A DNA stretch of 63,951 nt, the filler included, from Dehalococcoidia bacterium (GTDB taxonomy: Bacteria; Chloroflexota; Dehalococcoidia; DSTF01; JACRBR01), in the NCBI GenBank assembly GCA_041494685.1. It is 3 parts of 3 records of this genome, joined end to end, with 100 filler letters (N's around TTAATTAATTAA, not from the genome) between each part and the next. Parts side by side here need not be neighbours in the genome. Positions count along the whole stretch, not along the records: positions 29,432 to 57,685 come from JBGQBE010000045.1; positions 57,786 to 63,951 come from JBGQBE010000074.1; 1 more part is not named here. The stretch is one strand, 5' to 3'. The position numbers were made by a program, and so were the translations under genes. The notes beneath the pieces were generated by a model, which saw only the letters and a program-made list of their open reading frames with translations, was not told where the DNA came from and made no database searches. Positions 50,572 through 58,589 of the stretch are shown piece after piece; position 1 is the first letter of the stretch; the number at the start of each line of letters is the position of its first letter.

Positions 50572-52697
50572 TGCAGCTCTACGACTGGCAGCGCGAGGCG
50601 ATCGACGAGCTGGAGCACGGCAGCGGCCGCGTGCTGGTCGTCGCACCGACGGGCGGCGGCAAGAGCATGTGCTACCAGCAGCCCGCCGTCGACCTCGACG
50701 GCATCGCGCTGGTGATCACGCCGCTCGTGGCGCTGATGGCGGACCAGGTGCGCTCGCTCGAAGAGCGCGGCATCGCGGCGACGTACCTCGCGTCGAACCT
50801 GGACGCCGACGAGAACCGGCGCCGCATCGACCTGGCGCTGGCCGGGCAGGTCAAGCTGCTCTACGTCGCGCCGGAGCGTCTGGCGAGTGACTGGTTCGTC
50901 GATGAGGTGCTGGCGCGGCTGCCGATCTCGCTGCTGGCGATCGACGAAGCGCACTGCATCAGCCACTGGGGCCACGACTTCCGCCCCGACTACCTCCAGC
51001 TCGGCGCGCTCGTCCAGCGGCTGGAGCCGAAGCGCCTGATCGCCTGCACCGCGACGGCCACCCCCGCCGTGCGCCGCGAGATCGTCGAGCGGCTGGCGAT
51101 GCCGGACGCGCGCCAGATCCTGCGCGGCTTCGCGCGCCAGAACCTGCGGCTCGCAACGGAAGAGGTAAGCGGGCCGAAGCAAAAGGAGAAGCGCATCGCC
51201 GCCGAGGTGAAGACGTGGCTCGGCAAGCCCGGCGGCGGCCGCGGCACCGCCATCGTCTACGCGGGCACCCGCCGCAACTCGGAGAACGTGGCCGAGGCGA
51301 TGCGCGCCGCGGGCTGGCGCGCCGCGCACTACCACGCCGGCATGCCCGGCCCCGACCGCACGGAGGTGCAGGAGCGCTTCCAGGCCGGCGCGCTCGATGT
51401 GATCGCCGCGACCAACGCCTTCGGCATGGGCATCGACCGCGCCGACATCCGGCTGGTCGTGCACCAGATGCTGCCCGAATCGGTGGAGGCGTACTACCAG
51501 GAGGTGGGACGCGCCGGCCGCGACGGCGAGCCGGCGGCGGGGCTGCTGCTCGTCTCCGATCCCGACATCGCCTGGCGCTTCAGCATGATCGCCCGAGACG
51601 AGGCGACGCCGCCGGAGCAAGCGCTGCACCGCCGCGACCTGTTGCGCGCGATGATCTCCTACGCCGAAACGTGCGCCTGCCGCCACGACGCGATCCTGGA
51701 GTACTTCGAGGACACAGCGGAGGAGTTGGGCGGTTGCGGTCACTGCGACAACTGCATCGCCGCCGCGAGCGGCCGCCTGGGCGCCGAGCCGGACGAAGCA
51801 GCATCCGCCGAGACGGTGCGCGCCGCCCTGTCGGCGATCCGCGGCCTGCCGTTCGCCGTCGGCGCCGGCGTCACCGCCAGCTACCTGATCGGCGATCCGA
51901 CGCGCCAGGTCCGCGGCTACGGCTGGGAGGCGCACACGCAGTTCGGCGCGCTCCGCGATCTGCGCGAGGAGCAGGTGCGACGGCTGCTGCGCCGCTGCGT
52001 GGCCGCCGGCCTGCTGGCCGTGGAGGCCGAGCACTCGACGCTGCGCATCACCCGCCGCGCCGCGGAGGTGATCGCCGGCTCGCGCGAGAACCCGGTGCGT
52101 CTGCCGCCGCAGCAGCGCGCCCCGGCCCGCCCGGGGGCATCATCGGCCGCGGCGCCGGCGGCCGGGCTCACCGGCGTCGGGCTGGCGCTGTTCGACCGGC
52201 TGAAGGCATGGCGCAAGCGCCGCGCGGAGGCCGACGAGGCGCCGGCGTACGTCGTCGCGCACGACGCGACGCTGCGGGCGATCGCGGAGACGCGGCCGGC
52301 GACGCCCGAAGCGCTGGCGGCGGTCAATGGCATGGGGCCGGCGAAGATCCAGCGCTTCGGCGACGAGATCCTGGCGGTGGTGCGCGAGGACGCCGCCGAA
52401 GTGACCGCTCCGGACGCAGCCGCGCCGACCGAGCCGGTTGCGCCGGCTGCGCCGACCGCGCCGGAACGCAACTTCAGCGAGCACCAGATCGAAGTCCGCA
52501 AGACGCACCCGCGCGCCTGGGAGCGCTGGAGCGACGACGAGGACGCACACGTGACGAAGCTGGCGCAAGACGGTAGCGGCGTAGACGAGATCGCCGCCGA
52601 GTTGGGGCGCCAGCCGCACGCTGTCCGCATGCGCATGGAGAAGCTGGGGCTGATCGAGCCGGCGCCCGCCGCCGACGTGCATCGCGCCACGACCTAG
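50571..52697 (+). CDS. recQ: RecQ-family DNA helicase with HRDC and extra C-terminal HTH
   Basis: PTGGGKS.CYQ; DEAHCISHWGHDFRP; ATNAFGMGID; QEVGRAGRDG; CR..CGHCDNC; PAYVV.HDATL HRDC. Confidence 0.9.
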   Translation: MQLYDWQREAIDELEHGSGRVLVVAPTGGGKSMCYQQPAVDLDGIALVITPLVALMADQVRSLEERGIAATYLASNLDADENRRRIDLALAGQVKLLYVAPERLASDWFVDEVLARLPISLLAIDEAHCISHWGHDFRPDYLQLGALVQRLEPKRLIACTATATPAVRREIVERLAMPDARQILRGFARQNLRLATEEVSGPKQKEKRIAAEVKTWLGKPGGGRGTAIVYAGTRRNSENVAEAMRAAGWRAAHYHAGMPGPDRTEVQERFQAGALDVIAATNAFGMGIDRADIRLVVHQMLPESVEAYYQEVGRAGRDGEPAAGLLLVSDPDIAWRFSMIARDEATPPEQALHRRDLLRAMISYAETCACRHDAILEYFEDTAEELGGCGHCDNCIAAASGRLGAEPDEAASAETVRAALSAIRGLPFAVGAGVTASYLIGDPTRQVRGYGWEAHTQFGALRDLREEQVRRLLRRCVAAGLLAVEAEHSTLRITRRAAEVIAGSRENPVRLPPQQRAPARPGASSAAAPAAGLTGVGLALFDRLKAWRKRRAEADEAPAYVVAHDATLRAIAETRPATPEALAAVNGMGPAKIQRFGDEILAVVREDAAEVTAPDAAAPTEPVAPAAPTAPERNFSEHQIEVRKTHPRAWERWSDDEDAHVTKLAQDGSGVDEIAAELGRQPHAVRMRMEKLGLIEPAPAADVHRATT

Positions 52698-52711
52698 CAG
52701 GAGGCGCCGCC

Positions 52712-53125
52712 ATGTCCGCCACCGACCCCCGGGAGTTCGCGGCGATTGCGCCGGAGTTATTCGTTTCTAACGTGGATGCCAGCGTGCGCTTCTACACGCA
52801 GACCCTCGGGTTCGAGCTGCTACGCGCCGATCCGCCTGGCGATGATGGCCGCAGCGACTTCGCCGTGGTCGCGCGCGGCGGTGCGATGATCATGCTTGCC
52901 GACGAGCGTCTGCTGCGCGGGCGCGGCGAGCCGATCGGCTCGCCGCGCGGGAGGGGCATCGACGTGCGGATCATGGCCGGCGACGTCGATGCGCTGTACG
53001 CGTCGCTCCAGCAGGCCGGTGCGAATATCGTCACGCCGCTCCGCGATCGCCCGTACGGCCTGCGCGACTTCGTCGTGCGCGATCCGGACGGTTTCGGACT
53101 GCGCTTCGCGCGGCCGATCTCCTAG
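52712..53125 (+). CDS. VOC/glyoxalase/bleomycin-resistance family protein
   Basis: V.NVDASVRFY...LGF; DVDALY; PYGLRDF.VRDPDG. Confidence 0.88.
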   Translation: MSATDPREFAAIAPELFVSNVDASVRFYTQTLGFELLRADPPGDDGRSDFAVVARGGAMIMLADERLLRGRGEPIGSPRGRGIDVRIMAGDVDALYASLQQAGANIVTPLRDRPYGLRDFVVRDPDGFGLRFARPIS

Positions 53126-54303
53126 CGTCTCCGCCGCGGGGGCGGCGGCACGACCATCTCCGCCGGGATCTCCAGCTCGCGCTCGCCCCATCGCACGATG
53201 ATCCGCCCCGTCGGGCGCACCGGCCGGCCCGCCTCGAATGATGCGGCGGCGCGCTCCGCTACCGGCGCCCAGTGCACGCGCAGCTCGACGCGCACCGGCA
53301 CGTTCGTTGCCAGCTTCAAGGGTGCGTCGATCTCCTGCCCGCGGCCGTCCACCCGCTGTAGCCACGCCGGCGGCTCGATCGTCACGCTGGTGGCGGCACT
53401 GCTCACAAGCATCAACGAGATGCGCGTCACCAGCTCGAACTCCACGGTGCCCAGGTCAAAAGACATCGGGCTCGCGCTGACCAGCGCCGGATACATGATC
53501 AGGCCGCGTGCGGGGATCGTGATCGCGTCGGTCGCCGTCCAGCGGACCGTCACCGCCGCGTCCAGCGTGTAGCCGCGCACCGTCGGCCCGCCCGCCAGCT
53601 CCGGCGAGTCCCAGTCGATCGAGAACGTCACCGAGAAGCGCCCCGGCAGCACCTTCGACGCGACGACCTCCGCGCGCACCGGCGGCGCCGTCTCCACCGT
53701 GATGCTGTACGGCGCGAAGCGCTTCCACGTGAGCTGGATCGTGCGCATCGTCTCGCCGCGCCATTGCAGCGTGCCGAAGTCGATCTTCGCGGGCAGCCCC
53801 TCCGGCGCGGCGGGCTTGGCGGGCTCCGGCGGCGGCCGGTGCGCCGAGCGGTCCGGCGTCACGCGCCGCGGCTGCGGCGGGATCGATGATGCGGCGCGCG
53901 GCGTCTCGCTGACGCGAGTGGGTTTCACGCGGCTGAAGTTGTCGATCGCCCAGCGGACGCGTGCGACCAGGCGCGGATACGCCGCGAGTTCCGACTGGAG
54001 CTGCTTGCCGGCGCGCTCGGCGAACGCGCCGTCGGCGGCGCTGGTGATGCCCAGCACCACCCACGGCTCGCCGTTGTAGTTCGCGGCAACGTACTCGTTC
54101 GCGGCCGCGCCGCTGCCCCGCAGTTCGTCGTAGGCGACGTTGATCTGCTTCGCGACGTTGGCGTCGCCGCCGCGGTCCGGATGGTGCAGCTCGATCTGGG
54201 CACGGTGCGCCGCCTTGATGACGCACTCCGGCGCGCCCGGGATCAGCCCCAGACGTTTCCAGTGCGCGGCGTTGCGTTCGGCCTGCGTGGTGCGCGCGGG
54301 CAA
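53122..54303 (-). CDS. J-domain protein with Pro-rich linker and two beta-rich Ig/BACON-like repeats
   Basis: LG......IKAAHR....LHHPDRGG..AKQINVAYDEL; repeats IDFGTL and FDLGTV..PAWL. Confidence 0.7.
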   Translation of the reverse strand: MPARTTQAERNAAHWKRLGLIPGAPECVIKAAHRAQIELHHPDRGGDANVAKQINVAYDELRGSGAAANEYVAANYNGEPWVVLGITSAADGAFAERAGKQLQSELAAYPRLVARVRWAIDNFSRVKPTRVSETPRAASSIPPQPRRVTPDRSAHRPPPEPAKPAAPEGLPAKIDFGTLQWRGETMRTIQLTWKRFAPYSITVETAPPVRAEVVASKVLPGRFSVTFSIDWDSPELAGGPTVRGYTLDAAVTVRWTATDAITIPARGLIMYPALVSASPMSFDLGTVEFELVTRISLMLVSSAATSVTIEPPAWLQRVDGRGQEIDAPLKLATNVPVRVELRVHWAPVAERAAASFEAGRPVRPTGRIIVRWGERELEIPAEMVVPPPPRRRR

Positions 54304-54405
54304 GCGGCATCCCTTCGCTGCGTGCTGGTCGAGCGAGCCGCGCGCCGGGCGCCGCCGCTTACGGAAGAGTAGATCATGCCGGACGCGGTGGCGCCAGCGC
54401 CGAGA

Positions 54406-56574
54406 TCAGTCGCCGCCGCCGGCTGCCACCGCTTCGGGCTCGTGCCGCCGGCCTTCGAGATCGATGTTCGGGATCAGACGGTCCAGGATGCCCGGCAGCC
54501 ACCAGTTGGCGCGCCCCATCAGCTCCATGAACGAGGGGACCAGCATCAGCCGGACGATCGTCGCGTCCAGGAAGATCGCGATCGCCAGGCCGAAGCCGAA
54601 CTCCTTGATCACCCGCTCGTCACCCAGGGTGAAGCTGGCGAAGACCGCGATCATGATCAGCGCCGCCGACGTGATGACGCGCGCGGTGGACGACAGCCCC
54701 ATCGCCACGGCTTTCGAGTTGTCGGACCCCTTCAGGTACTCCTCGCGGATGCGGCTGACCAGGAAGACCTCGTAGTCCATCGACAGGCCGAAGAGGATCG
54801 CGAACATCATCATCGGCAGGAAGACCTCGATCGGCCCCGTCGTCTTGACGCCCAGCGGCCCCGCCAGCCAGCCCCACTGGAACACCGCCACCAGCGCGCC
54901 GTACGCCGCGCCGATCGACAGCATGTTCATCAGCGCCGCCTTCAGCGGCACGAAGAGCGAACGGAACACCACCGTCAGCACGACAAAGCTCAGGCCGATC
55001 ACCATGGCGAAGAAGAGCGGCATGCGGCTTGAGATCTTGTCGCTCACGTCGATGATGCTGGCCGTCGAGCCCGTGACGTACACCTTCAGCGGCGTCCCCG
55101 CCGTTACAGGCGGGATCACCTGCTCGCGCAGCCGGTGGACGAGCTGGTTGGTCTTGCTGTCCTGCGGCGAACTCGTCGGGTAGACCGTGATGATCGTCGT
55201 ATCGCCGGAGGGGCTCTTGCGCGGCGGGCCGACGTTGCTGACGCCTTCCGCGGACGTGAGTGTCCGCACCAGCGCGTCGATCTTGTCGGCGCCGCCGGCC
55301 TGGGTGTCGGCGACGATCGTGAGCGGTCCGTTGAAGCCGGCGCCGAAGCCCTGCTACAGCAGGTCGTAGGCGCGGCGCGAGTGCGTGGACGGGGCGTTGT
55401 TGCCCGCGTCCGTGAAACTGGCTTGCATGCTGAAGAGCGGGATCGCCAGCACTAGCAGGATCGCGCCGCCGCCCGCGATGAACCACAGCGGCCGCCGCTG
55501 GATCGCCATGCTCAGGCTGAACCAGATCGAACCCTCGTGGTTGCCCTCCTGCGAGCGGAACATCGGCACGCCCAGCGCATCCACCTTCGAGCCCACGATC
55601 GCCAGCACCGCGGGCAGCAGCGTCAGCGCCGTCAGCACCGACAGCACCACGACGATCGCCGCGGCGATGCCAAGCGCGGCGATGAACGGGATGCCCATGA
55701 TCGTCAGGCCCAGCATCGCGATCACCACGACGCTGCCCGCGAAGAGCACGGAGCGGCCGGCCGTGTTCACCGCGATCGTGACCGACTCCTGCACCGTGTG
55801 TCCGCTGTGCAGCTGCTCGCGGTAGCGCGTGATCACCAGCAGGCAGTAATCGATGCCGACGCCCAGCCCGATCATCGAAGCGAACGACGGCGTGAACGAG
55901 GTCATGCTGATGAAGCGCGCGGCGATGCCGATGATCGCCAGCGAGCCGCCCAGCGAGAAGAGCGCCGTCACGATCGGTACGCCCATCGCGACGATCGACC
56001 CGAACGCAATCAACAGGATGATCGCCGCGGCCGAGATGCCGATCAGTTCCGTCGAGCCGAGGCCCGTCCGCTCGATGTGCTCGACGACGCGGCCGCCCGC
56101 CTCGACTCTGAGTCCGTTGCCGCCGCTGCGATCGACCAGCGCTACCAGCGCCTTCGTCTGCGCGTCCGTTTCTTTCGGGTACTGGACCGAAGCGAACGCG
56201 ATCTTGCCATCCGTTGAGACCGTCGGCGACGCCGGTACGTCCGAGATGCCCGGCAACTGCTTCGCCTGCGCCAGGACGTCGCCGATACGCTGCGCGATCG
56301 CCGGGTCGCTGATCGACGTGTCGGCGGCGAACACGATGTCGGCGTTCGCGCCGCCCTGCGCCGGGAAGCGCGCCGCCAGCAGGTCCGCCGCGCGCGCCGA
56401 TTCCGTGCCGGGGACGCTGAATTTGGTGGCGTACGTGCCTTTGAACGCGAACATCGCCGCCATGACGGCGGCCAGCCCGGCCAGCCATGCGAGCACGACG
56501 AGCCACTTGTGACGCGTGACGAAGCCGCCCCAGCGCTCGAACAGAGAGCCGCGGGCGCCGGTAAGTACTGCCAT
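54406..56574 (-). pseudogene. MMPL/RND-family transporter interrupted by one in-frame TAG (55354-55356)
   Basis: GLGVGIDY and FGLSMDYEVFL motifs in the two halves, same frame; junction reads AYDLL*QGFGAGFNGPL. Confidence 0.8.
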
Positions 56575-56731
56575 GGTTGGAGGGGCCTCTCTCTGCTGAT
56601 CGGGCGGGAATCGCGCACTGACGCGGGAACGTGTTCCTGCCTCAGTCATTGTACCGACGCCGATCCGTAACGTCTGTTGCGCCGATGCTGCATTGAGGGC
56701 GGTGTCCACGCCCGCGCATACTGATCCAGAC

Positions 56732-56926
56732 ATGCGGACCGACCCCCTGCTCAAGGAAGTGATCATGGCGGCGCTGGCGCTCACGCCGGTGGGCATCGCC
56801 ATCGGCGTGCTCTACCGCTGGGAGACGGGGCTGTCGCCGTGGCCGGGGCTCGTGCTGGGGATGGTCTGCGGCTTCGGCTTCGGCATCGCGATCCTGGCGC
56901 TCACGTCGCCGCGCCGCGGCCATTGA
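56732..56926 (+). CDS. Small two-TM membrane protein (weak AtpZ/AtpI-like pattern)
   Basis: Two hydrophobic helices separated by RWETGLSPW; G/C-ending codons. Confidence 0.5.
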   Translation: MRTDPLLKEVIMAALALTPVGIAIGVLYRWETGLSPWPGLVLGMVCGFGFGIAILALTSPRRGH

Positions 56927-56941
56927 GCGTCGGCACGGTCG

Positions 56942-57283
56942 TCAGGCAGGGGCGCCTTCCCACGTGTCGGCCCAGTTCTGGACGGCTTCGACCACGGGGA
57001 GCAAGTCCCGTCCTTTCTGCGTGAGCACGTATTCGACACGCACCGGCGTCTCCGGGTAGACCTTCCGCTCCACGATGCCCTCGGCCTCCAGCTCCTTCAG
57101 GCGCTCCGACAGCACCCGGTCGCTCAGCCCCTCGACGTACGCGGAGATCGTGCTGAACCGGCAGGATCCGCCGAGCAGCGCGCGGATGATCAACCCGGTC
57201 CAGCGCTTGCTGATCAGGGACATCGCCCGCTCGTACGACGGGCACATCTGCGACAGGTCGAGGTCGGTCCGCTTCTCAGTCAC
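56942..57283 (-). CDS. HxlR/DUF24 (YodB/CatR-like) redox-sensing regulator
   Basis: MCP.YERA..LISKRW; RF; LSERLKELE..G; PVRVEY.LT.KG. Confidence 0.9.
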   Translation of the reverse strand: MTEKRTDLDLSQMCPSYERAMSLISKRWTGLIIRALLGGSCRFSTISAYVEGLSDRVLSERLKELEAEGIVERKVYPETPVRVEYVLTQKGRDLLPVVEAVQNWADTWEGAPA

Positions 57284-57346
57284 ACCCGTATCCTACGCGA
57301 CCGTACGAGAACTGTTCAAGTCAGATACTAGTATCCCGTAAGGCGC

Positions 57347-57375
57347 TTGACTTACTATAGCTCATTGGCTAGTAT
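57347..57375 (+). promoter_or_regulatory. Sigma70 promoter of yceI
   Basis: TTGACT-17bp-TAGTAT. Confidence 0.7.
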
Positions 57376-57384
57376 TCCGGTATC

Positions 57385-57399
57385 TACTATGGAAAAGTA
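57385..57399. promoter_or_regulatory. YodB-type operator TACT-N7-AGTA
   Basis: TACT-ATGGAAA-AGTA just downstream of the yceI -10. Confidence 0.6.
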
Positions 57400-57431
57400 A
57401 GCGTTCGGCTTACACAGCAAGGAGCAGCCAG

Positions 57432-57685
57432 ATGACAACCGCAACCGCCGCAACCGCAACCTGGAACATCGATGCAGCACACTCGGTCGTCGAGTTCTCG
57501 GTGAAGCACATGATGGTATCGACCGTGAAGGGTCGCTTCCGCGACGTGGCCGGCACCGTGGAGATCGACGAGCTGAATCCGGCAAACTCGACGGTGGCCG
57601 CCGAGATCGACGTCGCCAGCGTGGACACGGGCGCTCCCGACCGCGACAACCACCTGCGTTCCGGAGACTTCTTCGACGCCGAGAA
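57432..57685 (+). CDS. yceI: YceI-family polyisoprenoid-binding protein, 3'-truncated by gap
   Basis: W.ID..HS.VEFSVKHMMVSTVKGRF; SVDTG..DRD.HLRS.DFFD. Confidence 0.9.
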
Positions 57686-57785
57686 NNNNNNNNNNNNNNN
57701 NNNNNNNNNNNNNNNNNNNNNNNNNNNNNTTAATTAATTAANNNNNNNNNNNNNNNNNNNNNNNNNNNNNNNNNNNNNNNNNNNN
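57686..57785. other. Artificial contig junction
   Basis: N-run, TTAATTAATTAA, N-run. Confidence 0.97.
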
Positions 57786-57794
57786 GCATGTAAG

Positions 57795-58589
57795 ATGAGC
57801 GCTGCACGCTACGTCGAACACAGCCGCCGCGGCCCTGTCGACAGGGTCACGATCAGGCGCCCCGACGTCCACAACGCCTTCAACGAGCAGGTGATCGCCG
57901 AGCTGTCCGCTGCGTTCGCGGAGATCCGCGCCTCGGGCGAGACGCGCGCCGTCGTGCTGGCGGGCGAGGGGCGATCGTTCAGCGCGGGCGCCGACCTGGA
58001 CTGGATGCGGCGCGCGGCATCGTTCACGGAGGCGGAGAACCTGCGCGACGCCGAGGCGCTTGCGGCGATGCTGCGTGCGGTGGCCGAGTGCCCGTGCCCG
58101 GTGGTGGCGCAGGTGCAGGGCAACGCGTTCGGCGGCGGCGCCGGCCTCGCCGCGGCGGCGGACATCGCGATCGCCGGCGAGTCGGCACGGTTCGCGTTCA
58201 CGGAGGTGCGGCTCGGGATCGTGCCGGCCACGATCGCCCGGCACGTGATCCGGAAGATCGGCGTTGGCCGGGTGTTGCCGCTGTTCCTGACGGGCGAACG
58301 CATCGATGCGGCGCGGGCGCTGTCGCTCGGGCTCGTGCATCGCGTCGTGCCGGACGCGGAACTGGACGCGGCGGTTGGCGAGACCGTCGACGCGCTGCTG
58401 GCGGGCGGACCCGAGGCGCAGCGCCGTGTGAAGGAGATGGTGCGGCGCGTCGCGCCCGATGACGATGAGCTCGACGCGTATGCCGCGGGACTGATCGCGC
58501 GGGTGCGCGCCAGCGCCGAGGGGCGCGAGGGCGTCGCGGCGTTCCTGGAGAAGCGGGCGGCGCGTTGGGTGGTGCCGCGCGATGTGTAG
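57795..58589 (+). CDS. Enoyl-CoA hydratase (probable methylglutaconyl-CoA hydratase, LiuC-like)
   Basis: RPDVHNAFN; FSAGADLDWM; GGG.GL; TEVRLG.VPATI; pathway context. Confidence 0.85.
   Translation: MSAARYVEHSRRGPVDRVTIRRPDVHNAFNEQVIAELSAAFAEIRASGETRAVVLAGEGRSFSAGADLDWMRRAASFTEAENLRDAEALAAMLRAVAECPCPVVAQVQGNAFGGGAGLAAAADIAIAGESARFAFTEVRLGIVPATIARHVIRKIGVGRVLPLFLTGERIDAARALSLGLVHRVVPDAELDAAVGETVDALLAGGPEAQRRVKEMVRRVAPDDDELDAYAAGLIARVRASAEGREGVAAFLEKRAARWVVPRDV

Noticed and set aside
55354..55356. Genome-wide TAG recoding as the explanation of the MMPL stop
   Set aside because: TAG ends many conserved genes here at the expected positions (rpmJ, rpsK, rpsD, secY, fusA)
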